A program made the position numbers and the translations under genes. From Octopus sinensis (lineage: Eukaryota), in assembly GCF_006345805.1 (NCBI RefSeq), contig NC_043001.1:9176001-9240000 (forward strand): DNA of 64,000 nt. Direction: 5' to 3'. How positions within the stretch are numbered: the first letter of the stretch is position 1; each line of letters starts with the position of its first letter. The notes beneath the pieces were generated by a model that saw only the letters and a program-made list of their open reading frames with translations, had not been told where the DNA came from and made no database searches. Shown here piece after piece: positions 25,541-39,479 of the stretch.

Positions 25541-25749
25541 GGTAAATATTGTTTGCCAACCTAACATGGCAGTCCTGGTTTAGGACGAATGTTGCTGCAA
25601 TTTAGCCCCATGAGACAGCGTCTCCAGCTGGCTATACGACACGATCTGTCTTATATTTTTCAACAAGGGAATTAGCCTGGAGCTAAATTACAGCAACATT
25701 CGTCCTAAACCAGGACTGCCATGTTATGTTGGCAAACAATCTTTACTCC
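25541..25749. mobile_element. MITE with ~65-bp TIRs (truncated copy at 49425-49570)
   Basis: attgtttgccaacctaacatggcagtcctggtttaggacgaatgttgctgc.. vs ..gcaacattcgtcctaaaccaggactgccatgttatgttggcaaacaat. Confidence 0.88.
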
Positions 25750-25819
25750 AAAGTACTGTTGCTGAATATCTCTTGTTGCGAGGTTTAAAATACTAATTTT
25801 CTAAGTATAAAAGGTGTTT

Positions 25820-25956
25820 AGTGGCTGTGTGTTAAGTAGCTTGCTTACCAACCTCATGGTTCCGGGTTCACTCCCACTGCGTGGCAACTTTGGCAAGTGT
25901 CTTCTACTGTAGCCTCGGGCAGACCAAAGCCTTGTGAGTGGAAGAAACCCGTCGTA

Positions 25957-25960
<4 letters not shown>
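25820..25960 (+). mobile_element. SINE-B 5' half
   Basis: gtggctgtgtgttaagtagcttgcttacc..gcgtggcaactttggcaagtgtc. Confidence 0.85.
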
Positions 25961-25990
<30 letters not shown>

Positions 25991-25994
<4 letters not shown>

Positions 25995-26108
25995 CGTGAT
26001 CACCGTGACCGACCAGGCTATCAGACGTTGCTATACATCGCTGGTCACAATGCGCTTCGCATTGTTTTAGCCTTCAAATGACGCCACCCCGCTGGCTAAG
26101 CGAGCAGG

Positions 26109-26111
<3 letters not shown>
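25991..26111 (-). mobile_element. 5'-truncated tail-e element inside (TA)n
   Basis: Matches 6052-6165; (TA)n on both sides. Confidence 0.85.
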
Positions 26112-26164
<53 letters not shown>

Positions 26165-27156
26165 GTGTGTGTGTGTGTGTGGTGTGGATTATTGTATTTC
26201 AAACATGACATTATACAATGTAGCACTCGTTACGTTATTAAGAAGTCGAGGTGTGATTTAATGGACATTTCGCTGCTATTTCTAGTACAATGTCGCAGTA
26301 ATTTGTGCACCACTAATCTTTTATCTGATACTCCAAACACTATACGAAGTCAGTTACATTCATATCTCACTTTTACTGCAATTTATATCCATATCATCTA
26401 AGTAAATTCCTCCGGGTTCCAAGGATACCGACAGAATATCGGATCATCAAATTTCCCACCACGGTTAGAAAGCTCTAAAATCATATTTCTTTAGCCAGAT
26501 AAAATTTTTAACTGTATTTTACCTCGAAGTAGTATTTACTTATTTCATGATGCTACTGACGGCTAAAATCTACGTAAAGTGAAGTTTAGTATGGAAAATG
26601 AAGGCTACTGTCTGTAATTTATAGAAAATAAGTCGAATATTGAAACTAATTTACTTAATTTAATTATAAATATTTAAGGTATAAAAGGAAAGTGAAAAAA
26701 GTTATTCCTGGACACAGTTGAGAAGGAGCACGAAATTTCTTCCGGTTTGCGTTACTTTGTACCTCTGCAGTCCTTTTCTTTCGCAGGAGGTTGCACTTCT
26801 TTTGACGCAACTTCGCCAATTATAGCAAAATTTCTTCCGGTTATGTATATTAACTTTTGCTGAGCGTAAGGATAAGTTGAGTCCAGATACGGAGAATCCT
26901 TGCTGACACACATTTGGGTATGGAACAGGATTTTCGGACTGTGAAGCTAAGAATCGATAATCTCTTACTTACAGCATCTCAAATGACGAAGGAAGATAAA
27001 ACAGCCGCTAGAAATCACATTGTTTTTCTCTCTTTAACGCTGGTCCCCTCTCTCTCTCTCCTTCTCGCTCTCTCCCTCTTCCTCTCTATCTCTCTCTGTT
27101 TCTATTTTTCTCTCTGATGTTCACTGTCATTCATCGGTTGTCAACAGCACAGATTC

Positions 27157-27193
<37 letters not shown>

Positions 27194-27724
27194 CTTCATT
27201 TATGCTAGCAGTTCTCAAACGCTGGTTAAAGAACCCTATACGATATAACCGAAATACCGTAGACGCCATGGTCATATTTTACGGACAAACCTCATCACTA
27301 CCACTACCACTACCACCACTCTAATTTTACAGTTGCTGTTGTATAGGGAAAATTACTGTTATTAGGAGAGTAAAGACACTTAAAACATTCCTCCAGTCGA
27401 ACTCTCGTTCACTGTCTGCCATGTGGCCATATAAACATGATGGACATTTACGAGGGCTTTATCTCATAAATTTAATCAGTTTATAAAAGCAGTGATGGCT
27501 GAACTATATGGATACATCCCGCAGTAAGATTCGGTTTGAGAAACAATCACTACTGGAAAATCAGTAACACGGGTAAATTAACTTACGTAATAACCTCGCA
27601 GTGGTGAAGCGTATCTGATAGATATAGGCCTACATATGAACCTCGAGCATGAGTGAATGTATGTATGCGTGTATCTGCTTCCGTGAGCGAATATGTGTCT
27701 TTTAATCAAGAAGCAGACATAGGA

Positions 27725-28125
27725 GCAGGAGTGGTTGTGTGGTAAGTAGCTTGCTAACCAACCACATGGCTCCGGGTTCAGTCCCACTGCGTGGCATCTT
27801 GCTATAGCCCCGGGCCGACCAATGCCTTGTGAGTGGATTTGGTAGGCGCAAACTGAAAGAAGCCTGTCGTATATATGTATATATATATAAGTGTGTGTGT
27901 GTGTGTATATGTTTGTGTGTCTGTGTTTGTCCCCCTAGCATTGCGTGACATCCGATGCTGGTGTGTTTACGTCCCCGTCACTTAGCGATTCGGCAAAAAG
28001 AGACCGATAGAATAAGTACTGGGCTTACAAAGAATAAGTCCCGGGGTCGATTTGCTCGACTAAAGGCGGTGCTCCAGCATGGCCGCAGTCAAATGACTGA
28101 AACAAGTAAAAGAAAAGAAAAAAAA
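27725..28125 (+). mobile_element. Full SINE-B
   Basis: Head, CORE-like part, internal (TA)/(TG), 3' module, aaaag tail. Confidence 0.92.
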
Positions 28126-28875
28126 GAATAGGTGTCAGTTAAGCAAATATCTAAGTATTTAACGTAGGAAACATAAAGAATTTAACAAGAAATAGGTTAG
28201 CATCTTAAAGCTCATCAAATGTAATATATTAGCACACACATAACCTGGGTTCCATGCGGGAGACGTATCTCATTTATTTATTTCTTCTCTGTACAGTAAG
28301 TTAATGAGATGGTTTTAAGCACTGCAATGCCACACTGTTTATGGAGTGAACATTATGATGTGAGAAATCACACTTAGATTTTATTTACTTCCATTAATTT
28401 CACTTCGTTGATATTATATATTCGGAACGAAACTTGTCCTCTTCAACGTTATATACCGACTTCAGCTCATGCGGCTATATTTGTATTCACCGGGTGGGTT
28501 TGTATAACGATATACTTGCACTCTCACATACAATAGTAAGGTCAAAGCATACCGATAAACATACACGTGTGGGGGACGGGTCTGTGGTGTGGGGAAGAGA
28601 GAGAGAATATACATATATGTAGTACATAGGATTTCCTTGGGCGATAGTACAAACTTTTCTGTGTTGTAATACACACACACACACGCACACACACACACAC
28701 GCACACACACATATATATGTATATATATGTAGGTACATATATATATAGAGAGAAGTGGGATTTAAAATTTACTATAGCTGTTTTGGTGGAATTTTATTGA
28801 TGTCTTTATAGATTACATCATATTATAATGCTGCCATTTACAGGTTAAACTTTTGAATATCTGTAAACGGGCAGG

Positions 28876-28938
<63 letters not shown>

Positions 28939-28954
28939 ATATATATTATATATA

Positions 28955-29110
28955 TATGACAGGCTTCTTTCAGTTTCCACCTATCAAATCTATTCACGAG
29001 GCTTTGGTTGGCCCAAATTTACCGTGGAAGACATTGCACAAGAATGCCACCAAGTAGGATTGAGCCAGGAACAACATGGTTGAAAAATAAACTCCTTACC
29101 ACCCAGCCAA
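28955..29110 (-). mobile_element. Degenerate SINE-B 5' half
   Basis: gacaggcttctttcagtttcc..gaatgccac match. Confidence 0.7.
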
Positions 29111-29529
29111 GTCTAATTAATATTCATTGCGTATATAAAGATAAATCTTTAAAAGATAAAGTGACACAACCCTTATAGAAAGGATTTGTATTAGTGCTTT
29201 TCCCAATTTTCGGCTTTTCAAACACACCTTTTATAAGAATTGTCTTATAACATGAGTTTAAAAAACTGAAATCAACGAAAATAGCATACACATCACGGAA
29301 ACGAACCTGGAACACTACCAGTGCAAACAAAACCTCCTGGCCACACAGCCGTGGCACCGTGTAAGTGCGAAGGTCTTTTGTTGATTCTTGTAAACAAAGT
29401 TGTTATATATGAATGCATGATATTCTATGTTTCGTTAAAAAACAGGAACGGCTTTCGCCATTGTATTCCATTGTTGCCAGAAAGAATATTTCTAATTTTA
29501 TTCGAATTATAACATTTAGAGATTGCTTA

Positions 29530-31530
29530 CGAGAAGCTGGTGGTGGTGGTGATAACGGTAATGGTGCTGACGGTGGTGGAGATGTTGGTCATGTGGTGTG
29601 TGGTAGCAGTGATGGTGGTGAGGGTGATCATGAACATGGTGAAGACGACGGTGACGATGAAGTCGAATACGAGGGCGACGGTGATGACGACGACGATGAT
29701 GATAATAATGGTGATAATGACGATGACGATGATGATGAGGAGGAGGAGGAGGAAGAGGGAAGAAAGGAGAAGGGAAAGCAGGAGAAGAAGGAGGGGGAAA
29801 GAGAGCAGGAAGAAGAGGGAGAGCAGGAGGAAGATTGAGGGCAGGAGGAGGAGGAGGACGGAGGGCAGCAGCAGCAAGAGTAGGAAGAAGAGGAGGAAGG
29901 AGAGCAGGAAAAGGAGAATGGAGAGCAAGAGGTGAAGGAGAGCAAGAGGTGAAGGAGAGCAAGAGGATGGGAGAGAGCAGAAGGAGGAAGAAAAGCAGGA
30001 GCAGGGGGAGAGTAAAATAAGGAGGGAGAGCAGAAGGAAGAGGGAGAGCAGGAGGAGGAGGAATAAGAAGAAGAGGGAGCGCAGGAAGTGAAGAGGGAAG
30101 AGCAGGAGGAGGGAGAGGGAGAGCAGGATGAGAGGAAGGGGAGGTGAGGGAGGGAGAACACGAGAGAGAGAAGAAGGAGCTGGGAGAGCAGGAGGAAGAG
30201 TGAGAGCAGTAGGAGGAGGGAAAGTAGGAGGACGAGGAAGAGCAAGAGAAGGACGGAGAGCAGGAGGAAGAGGGAGAGCAGGAGGAAGAGAGAAAGTAGA
30301 AGGGAGAGTAGGAGAAGGAGGGAGAGAAAGAGAAATAGTGAGAGCAGGAGAAGGCGGGAGAGCAGGAGGTGGAGGAAAAACAGAAGGGGGGAGAGCAGGA
30401 GGAGGGAGGAGGAGGGAGATCAAATTGAGCGGGAGGGAAAGCAGGAGGTTGAGTGAGACCAGGAGAAGGACGGAGAGCAAGAGGAGGAGGGAAAGCAGTA
30501 GGAAGAGGGAGAACAGGAGGATGACGGAAAAGCTGGTGGCGGAGGGACAGCAGGAGGAACAGCAGAAGGAGGGAGAGCAGGAGCAGGAGGGAGAGCAGAA
30601 GGAGGGGGAGAAGGAGGGGGAGAAGGATGAAGAGCAGGAGGATGAGGGAGAGCAGGACGATGAGGGAGAGCAGGAGAAGGAGGGAGAGCATGAGGAGAAG
30701 GGAAAGCAGAAGGCGGTAGAGCAATAGGAGAAGTAAGAGCAGAAGAAGGAGGAAGAGCAGGAGAAGGAGGAAGAGCAGGAGAAGGAGGAAGAGCAGGAGA
30801 AAGAGACGGGAGAGCGGGCAGAGGGAGAGAAGGAGGAAGATACGGGAGAGTAGGAGAGCAGGAGGAGGATGGAGAGCAAGCTGAGCAGGAGTGAGAGCAG
30901 GAGGTTGAGATAGAGCAGGAGGAGGAGGGAGAGCAAGACGAGGAGGGAAAGCAGTGGGAAGAGGGAGAGCAGGAGGAGATGAGAGAACAGTATGAGAGTG
31001 AACAGAAGGAAGACGGAGAGACGAGAGGAGGGGGGAGAGCAGGAGGAGGAACGAGAGAAAATGAGGGAGAGCAGGAGAGAGAGGGTGAGCATGAGGTAGA
31101 GGCAGAACAGGGGGAGAGCAGGAGAAGGTGGGAGAGCAGAAGGAGGAGGTAGAACAGACGGAGGGAGAGCAGGAAGAGGAGGGAAAGGAGGAGGAAGTGG
31201 CAGAGCAGAAGGGATAGCAGGAGAAGGCGTGAGAGCAGGAGGATGAGGAGAGCAAGAGAAGGAGGGAGAGCAGGAGGAGGGAGAGCAGAAGGAGGGAGAG
31301 CAGGAGGAGGGAGAGCAGGAGGAGGGAGAGCAGAAGGAGGGAGAGCAGGAGGAGGTAGGAATGCAGGAGGAGGAAGAGCAGAAGGAGGAGGAAGAGCAGA
31401 AGGAGGAGGAAGAGCAGAATGAGAGAGAGCAGGAGGAGGAGGGAGAGCAGAAGGAAGAGGATGGAAGAGGATGATGATGAGGATGTAGCTTCTGCTGCTA
31501 ATGTTGATGATAATGAAGATGATAATGATG
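29530..31530 (+). repeat. ~2-kb purine-rich degenerate minisatellite (GGAGAGCAG core) bracketed by GAT/GGT repeats
   Basis: Dozens of 15-21-nt units gag gaa gag gga gag cag; top strand almost entirely G/A. Confidence 0.9.
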
Positions 31531-32226
31531 ATGGTGATTTTTGAGTTAGGTGTGTTGGAGAGACTCGGGATTATTGGTGTTGTTGTCGATTTCCATTCTG
31601 AGCACCACCACCACCACCACCACCACGACAGCGACGAAGAGGAGTAGAAGGGTGAGTATTCGTAGGAGGAGGAAGGAAGGAATGAAAATGGCGCTAAAAG
31701 AATCTCGGCGCTGATTCTACTCAATCGGATGACGAATGTTGTTAATACTAACAACGCTGTTGATGATATTGATTACGGTGATAATCTCCAAACTTTTATA
31801 CCTTCCAGAAAAACACAAAAACAACAAAAAAAGAGGAGATCGAGGAGTAAATGGTGGAAGTATATCTATCAGGCTTCAACAAAATTGCGGTGGACGAGGT
31901 AAAGGTGACTCGAAATCGATGTCATTGGACGAAACTTCAATGATTCCTCTAAGCTGGTTTATGAGTTATCTGTCATGAACAGGCTCAACAACCAGAGCAA
32001 GATTTTAATAAATGCTTGCTTTCTCTTGCATTATTTCTTCTTTGCTGCCCCCTTTCTCTCTCACTCCGTTTCTCTCTCTCTCGCTCTATTTCCTTCTTCT
32101 TTTCTCTCTCGCTCTCTCGCTCTCCTCTCTCTCTCTCTCTCTTCCTCTTTTATACTCTTTTTCTCTCTCCTTCTGTGTGTGCGTGATGGCGTGTATGCAT
32201 ATATAAATATATAGTTATTATGAATC

Positions 32227-32281
<55 letters not shown>

Positions 32282-32329
32282 GTGCGTGTGTGTGTGTACA
32301 TATATTTGTATATATATAGACAGAGAGAG

Positions 32330-32364
<35 letters not shown>

Positions 32365-34307
32365 CATAATTGAGTGTGTGTATGTGTGTACATATATTTA
32401 TATATATTTATATGTACACACATACATATACACACAAATATGTATATATGTAAATATATATATATAAACATATTTGTGTGTGTGTATGTGTGTACATATA
32501 TAGAGAGAGAGAAAGAGAGAAAGATTTATATATATATTTGTGTCTATGTGTGTGTAAATACATATTCATAGACACACATATATGTGTGTGTTTATGCATG
32601 TAGCTGTTGTGTTTATGCATGTAGCTGTGTGTGTGTGTGCGTGAACATACACGCGCCTACGTTCTTTCTTTGAATATTTCTCTCCTAATTCCTTTCTCTC
32701 TCTCCTTTTCTCTACAGTTTGAGCTCTCCATTTGGCATCTTCTTTTGATCGTGCGGCTTTTATTGCTTATACATACAGAATAATGAAAACGAATGTCCCC
32801 TGTGTTGTTGCATTGGTAACATTAGTTGCGATTAAATTGATTATAATAAGCTATAAAACCATGAACTTGAAAAAAAAATTGTAAAATGGATATGAGGCTT
32901 TGCTAATGCCAAATTCGTGCACAAGTAATAAATATTGACATGAATAATATATAGGAAGACATACTTTAAGTGTGGAATGGATATCCTCTTGTGCCATGGA
33001 AGCAAATCTGGGTAGGAAAAGAGAATTTGACACAAGTTAAACAGTTTAGTTTCAATAATCTCAGAATATCTTCTCGTGAATTTTCTACGCAAACATTTCA
33101 CTTTACAAACTACGCTAATAAACTCGGTTGCAGACTTTTTACAAATGATGCTTTCTCATGGAAGTATCATTTTATATAAAAGACCTGAACGTGTAATAAA
33201 ATATATATTTACACATAACATAGGTTAGTTGTTACTTAACAAAACAACGTAATATCTCATATTTTTTGTACCTTCTTTAACGTGTTAGAATTTGCCCGAC
33301 CCCATCAGTGTCGCAAACAGCAGCCATTTTGTTTAATGCGTTTGCCGTCGTCGAATATGCGTTACATACAAGGAAGTGATGCAGGAAATTTTGATACCGC
33401 TGAGGGCGGTCATTTCAGAAACTACACCCTGTCAAGCACCTATCGTGATCTCATATAGCATTCGGGAGATCAGCAGGACGACAACTCGCATTTCTACTGA
33501 GATGCTGTGTGAAAGGTTTTGCTCGATGTCGAAGTTATTTAAATTCACGTTGCTCGTAAGAATGAATCACCAGAGAAATCTTGCTCAGCTCTTGAGTAAG
33601 GCCCTTCAAAACGCATGCGTCATTCTCTAATGACATGAGTGTTTGCATCAGAATCACAGAGCGTTTGTTTGGTTCCTTTCTGTATATCGGGTAGAATCGG
33701 GTAGATATTCAGAATGGCTCCCAACATACAGGTGTACCTATAATCAAGCTTTACCGCCAAGTGTTTGATAATTACCTAGACCATAGCAATGATTCCACGC
33801 GGTCAAAGAGGCTTCCCCAAAACAGTGCTTTCACATTCATCATCAACATCGACTGTGTCTTTGTGCGTCAGTCGATGAAACTGAAGAATTCGTCGTCGCT
33901 CCAGCATGAACCAATTCACTTCCTCAGGCTGCCATAACACTAAAAGATGCACATCCTGCAGATCTGATCGTTCTGACCCAACTAAAGTGCATCGATGGAC
34001 AACAGAGCAGGAACTTAGTAATACACCATTCTCGATGATACTCGTGACATGAATTTACACGAGACAGCCTGCCAGTTATAATTACATACATGCATACATA
34101 CATATATGTACACACACACACGTATGTGTGTGGGGGGGAGTAGTTCAAATTTACATAAATTAAAAAAGACAGGTGAGTGAACAACAAGCAGGTGTATTTG
34201 TTTCATGCTCGGAAAGAATGAATAACTCTTTGATGTTTCGAGCTTACGCTCTTTGAAACAAATGGTTGAGAGGGGAAAATGGAGAGAGAACGAAAAGAAT
34301 GAAGAGA

Positions 34308-34350
<43 letters not shown>

Positions 34351-34623
34351 AAAATGGTACAACAATGCATCAATATTTACTGGAAATAGCAGTCGATAAT
34401 ATACGACGCTTCACTGTATGTATATATATATATTAGCAAAAATGTTTGGACATTAAAAATTTCATCTTACCTGTAGACAGAACATGAAATAAATGTACAA
34501 CCCAGATGTGGATAATCTAGGACCTAGGTTTCGAACTTTCGAAATCACGTTTGTTAACGTAAATTTCATTAGTTATCTTCGGTTAGATTCACCTTGACAA
34601 AATTTCAAATGTCGCTACATATA

Positions 34624-35010
34624 TATGGCTGTGTGGTAAGTAGCTTGCTTACCACATGGTTCTGGATTCAGTCCCACTGCGTGGCACCTTGAGCAAGTGT
34701 CTTCTACTATAGCCTCGGGCTGACCAATGCCTTGTGAGTGGATTTCGTAGACGGAAACTGAAAGAAGCCTGTTGTATATATGTGTATATATATATATATG
34801 TGTGTGTGTGTTTGTCCCCCTAGCATTGCTTGACAACCGATGCTGGTGTGTTTACGTCCCCGTCACTTAGCGGTTCGGCAAAAGAGACTGATAGAATAAG
34901 TACTGGGCTTACAAAGAATAAGTCCGGGGGTCGAGTTGCTCGACTAAAGGCGGTGCTCCAGCATGGCCGCAGTCAACTGACTGAAACAAGTAAAAGAGTA
35001 AAAGAGTATA
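34624..35010 (+). mobile_element. Full SINE-B
   Basis: Near-identical to 27725-28125. Confidence 0.92.
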
Positions 35011-35404
35011 TAAGAAATATGAAAAATAGTGGCAGAATCGTACCAATGTTTGCTGGAAATTGTTGTCGATAACCGTACGATGCTATTGTAAAACTGAACT
35101 GAATGTATAAAGGCAAAGATGTTTGCGAGCGGCGAATATAAAATGTTCGTCTTACTTCAAGAGGAACGCCAGAGGAAAATGGATAACGTAGGAAGGTTAT
35201 ATATATATATGTGTGTATATGTGTGGTTTGCTGGGCGACGCTGTGGGCTGATTTGGTGTATTTACAGCCAGTACACTCTGCAAAGTAACTGGAGCTAGGA
35301 AGGGATTCCAGCTGTAGAAGCAATGCCACAACAGACGTTAGGACACAGTGCAGCCCTCTGGCTCATCTGCTTATGCCGAAACTTCCGGCCCACGCCAGCA
35401 TGGA

Positions 35405-35481
35405 ATAAATGGTGATGATGATGATGATGATGGTGGTTGTGGTGGTGGTGGTGGTGGTGGTGATGATGATGATGGTGGTGG

Positions 35482-35512
<31 letters not shown>

Positions 35513-35693
35513 GGTGGTGGTGGTGATGATGATGATAATGATGGTGGTGGTGGTGGTGGTGGTGGTGGTGGTGGTGAAGGTGGTGATGATGATGGTGGTG
35601 GTGATGATAATGATTATGATGATGGTGGTGGTGGTGGTGAAGGTTGTGATGATGATGGTGGTGGTGGTGGTGGTGGTGGTGGTGGTGGTGGTG

Positions 35694-35734
<41 letters not shown>

Positions 35735-35738
35735 GTGG

Positions 35739-35790
<52 letters not shown>

Positions 35791-35843
35791 GGTGAAGGTT
35801 GTGATGATGATGGTGGTGGTGGTGGTGGTGGTGGTGATGATGA

Positions 35844-35877
<34 letters not shown>

Positions 35878-35890
35878 GGTGGTGATGATC
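35405..35890. repeat. Compound (GAT)n/(GGT)n microsatellite at the tail of module D
   Basis: Read directly. Confidence 0.97.
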
Positions 35891-36861
35891 TGTTGATTAT
35901 TCTTTTGTACTAGTAATTGGCTTGGATGATCGATAATCGAACAAATTACTAGGGGACGAGAAATACCTGTCTACAGACACACACACATATACACATGCAG
36001 ATACACACTCGCAAACACACACACACACACACATACACACACAAACAAATGTATGTTTACATATATGCATGTATGTGTGTATGTGTGTGTGTTTAGTTGA
36101 TTCCGCTTAATTGCATTACCGTAAAAAGCAAAAACTGAACAGCTTAATGACAAATCTATTTGAAATTTACCGGTTAATTGCATATACAAATAACTTCGGT
36201 TTTAGTTATTACATAGAAATTTTTGTGATTTTAAGTAAATAAATTGGTGAAATGTAGCATAAAATCGAACATTTATTTGATTTTATCTGAATAAAGTGAA
36301 TCTTGAATCTCCGATTTTAACGATGAGTTAAAAGGAAAACAGACGGAATTCATGTTTACAAACAACAAATGTCAAAACCGTCAATTATATTCAAATTATT
36401 TTTTGACTGATTGAATAAATTAAAGAACAGTCATTTTCAGATTTCGTTCTGTGATTTATTTGGATGCCTCGTCCGTCAAAGACGGAAACCGTTTGGGATC
36501 CTGTGGTAATCACCTTTTATTGTTTTTACTTCTTTTACCGGGGTCCCGTTCCGTTATCATACTTTCGTATCTATCAATGTAGAAACTCGTATCACTCAGT
36601 CGAAGCGGGGACTTGACTTGTCTGCAAATACTTGGTGGCCTCAGCAGTGCTGGAGCTAAAGAAAAAATGCAGTCTGTCCACTCTGTAAAGTGGCTGGCAC
36701 CAGGAAGGGAGTTCAGCTGTGGAGACCTGGCCAAAAACAGGCACTAGAGCGCGGCGTAGCTCTCTGCTTAGTCAGCTCCTGTTGAAGTGTCCAACTCATA
36801 CCAGCATGGTAAAAAGTACGTTAAATTTTGTTGTTGTGGTGGTGATGGTGAGGTTCTAGAG

Positions 36862-37017
36862 CGGTGGTTCCCAAATTATTTGTGAAATACAGTTGTTTTG
36901 AATTTGCTTCAGAAGGTGGTTTGTGGTTTTGGTGATGTTTAGCGGAGGGGAAGCTACGGATGTGGACCGGGTGCCAAGGATGGGGGACAGCAGCCCGAAA
37001 TCGCTTGGGAAGCACTG
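36862..37017. mobile_element. hAT/Charlie-type MITE
   Basis: TIRs cggtggttcccaa / ttgggaagcactg (Charlie-type CAGTGGTTCCCAA); 8-bp flanks ttctagag / acctaaag resemble the NTCTAGAN target. Confidence 0.7.
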
Positions 37018-37522
37018 ACCTAAAGGGAGAAGCTGTGGCCGTTGTCTCCATCGTTGTTATTAATGATCTTCTTAAGTCTATACCCAGACACCTTGTCAGC
37101 CCCCAGATCCCGTCCTTAGAGTAATGTATAACCTTCTCCGTGCAGCCGGAGTGACACTACAAATTCGCATTGGTACAGAGTGGTTATGAAACGCTGATGC
37201 ATGATCCGTCAGCATATCAGTCAATCCTCCCAGACTGCGTTTTTAGGGAGTAAAAAAAAGTCCTGGGTATTTTTGCCTATTCTACAGGAATGAGCAGGGA
37301 AGGAAGACAGCAAGCTAAAATACTCACGAAAGGAGGACTGATTGAAAGTGACAAATGAGATTTTAGAATGTAGAAACAGACAGTGATGTGAGTGAAGAGA
37401 TGAATAAGTCAGGAATGTCTCTGGGCTGAGTTATATATTTTACAACTATTGAAAGTATTCAACTTTGTAGTATATATATTTGATGGTATATATATATTTG
37501 TGGTATATATATATATTTGATA

Positions 37523-37755
37523 AGGCGGCGAACTGGCAGAAACGTTAGCATGCCAGGCGAAATGCTTTGCGGTATTTCGTCTGCCGCTACGTTCTGACTT
37601 CAAATTCCGTCGAGGTCGACTTTGCCTTTCATCCTTTCGGGGTCGATAAATTAAGAACCAGTTACGCACTGGAGTCGATATAATCGATTTGATCCGTTTG
37701 TCTGTCCTTGCTTGTCATCTCTGTGTTTAGCCCCTTGTGGGTCGTAAAGAAACAG
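37523..37755 (+). mobile_element. Full SINE-A, tail a
   Basis: Flanked by ggtat(at)n-ttgat on both sides (TSD with slipped TA run). Confidence 0.9.
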
Positions 37756-39479
37756 GTATATATATATATATATATTTGATGGATTCTGATGGAGGTTTTC
37801 GACCTTTCTCCATAGTCAAATATCATTCCGTCTCAGCTTTAACTCCTGTACTTCCCGACCTGGGTTGAGAAATTTATTTTCTTATTCTACATCCATTATG
37901 TTCCGTGCTTGCAGCCTGTGGCCCTGTACAGTTTCCCTTTGCTATTGTATATGATTGCATATAATGGTATATAATGGCATTTTGTGACCCATTTGTAGCT
38001 TAGATTTGTAACTTTTCCTGTTGTTTGTTCTAGCTTTCTTTATAATTACATCTCATTTCGGCTTCTGTTATGTATTCGTTGATTTCTTTGAGGAAACGTT
38101 GTTTCGTAGATATTCGCGATAGAATTTCATTATTCTTTACTAGTAATTTGTGATGATATTTTTGTTAGTATATAATTTGAAATTCCGCTTACATTTATAA
38201 CAACGTTTCTTCGTCTGGTGAACATACACCCAAGAATTTTTAACATGTCTTCCAGAATTTTACAAACACGAAGAAATATGACAGACAGAAAGAAAATTGC
38301 AATAATTACACAAGCAAATACAGGCATGCGCATTGCATGAGAAAGGAAAATGACAATTTCACAAACAGCAACCAACAATTTAGCACGCAACAAAGGCATC
38401 AAATCTTGTACCAATTTTACCTGTCACGAAGTAGTTTTGAATATTGTTCTTCTCCGAGGACAAAAAGCACGTGAAACAGGTATATCACAAAACTATTTGT
38501 TTTCTTCGATTTAGTGTAAAGAAGAACAAGAAATGTTTATATCGCAGCCCGTTAGGAAGCTGTGGAGGTTTCAATATCATGATGAGATACATGGGATGTT
38601 GTTTTGTTATTTCATTTCTTTAAATTTATGTATTTGATGATTCATGTTGGACTGCATGACTGGTCTTCCATAATAAAGCATTAGGTTGAATCTGTGAATC
38701 ATAAACCTTTTTCTGAAGCTCGAGTCGTCACAATATATGTTTCAGCGTAACGTGAGAGTCACGTTACGTGAGAGTCACGTTACGTGAGAGTCACAAACAG
38801 AAGCTTTAACCTTTGACTTGTTACATACGTGATTCAGTTGTAGTAGATTGCGAGTGCTGGTATGACCAAAAGGGATGTGCGTTTGGAGTGGGGATTGCTT
38901 GGGCACGCAAATTCCGATAGCCCTCAAATATTAGACAGCCATTCAAGCGCCTCGCCATACTGTGGTCGCAGAATGTCTGTGTGGAATACTTGGTTATAAA
39001 ACTCACTCGAGAGCTTTCTAATCTAAGTAATGACATAAGGACGTAAAAAACAGCAACATAATACGTACAAAAGAAACATCAGAAGTAAGAAACTGTTGAT
39101 TTTCTAAAATTCATATGTGGCCCTTAACTACGAGAATGATTGAAAAATGGACTCCACCTTGACCCTGTCATTTGATGACAAAAATATAGATGACCAGAAA
39201 GTAATGGGCCAACCTTCGGCAATACTACTCCATTGTCTTGCGAGGATAAAGAATGAACTGAAGTTGAATAACCGATGAAAGTTATATCTGGCGACGGAGA
39301 GTAAAAAGAGCGCGAACACAAACGAATGAACCCAATCAAAACTGTTTCAACACATGTAGGAATTCACCTTCTCAAACGGTGAAAATTCCCGCATGTTCAC
39401 ACCATACCTGGAATCGAAATGATCTTCTCAGTCACCTGGAGAAACATTATGCTAATGTTGTACTGACAAAGAAGAAAGA

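Noticed and set aside
29516-31754. Longest ORFs in the track (579, 521, 444 aa, minus; L/P/S-rich)
   Set aside because: All three minus frames are open because the strand lacks A; no domain or gene structure.
31870-31905. Micro-exon cag|gcttcaac..gag|gtaaag
   Set aside because: Poor acceptor tract, no partner exons; expected by chance.
34225-34265. Hammerhead-like gagc-gtaa-gctc-GAAA on minus
   Set aside because: Stem II and GAAA are present, but the CUGANGA core is missing; at most a decayed PLE end.
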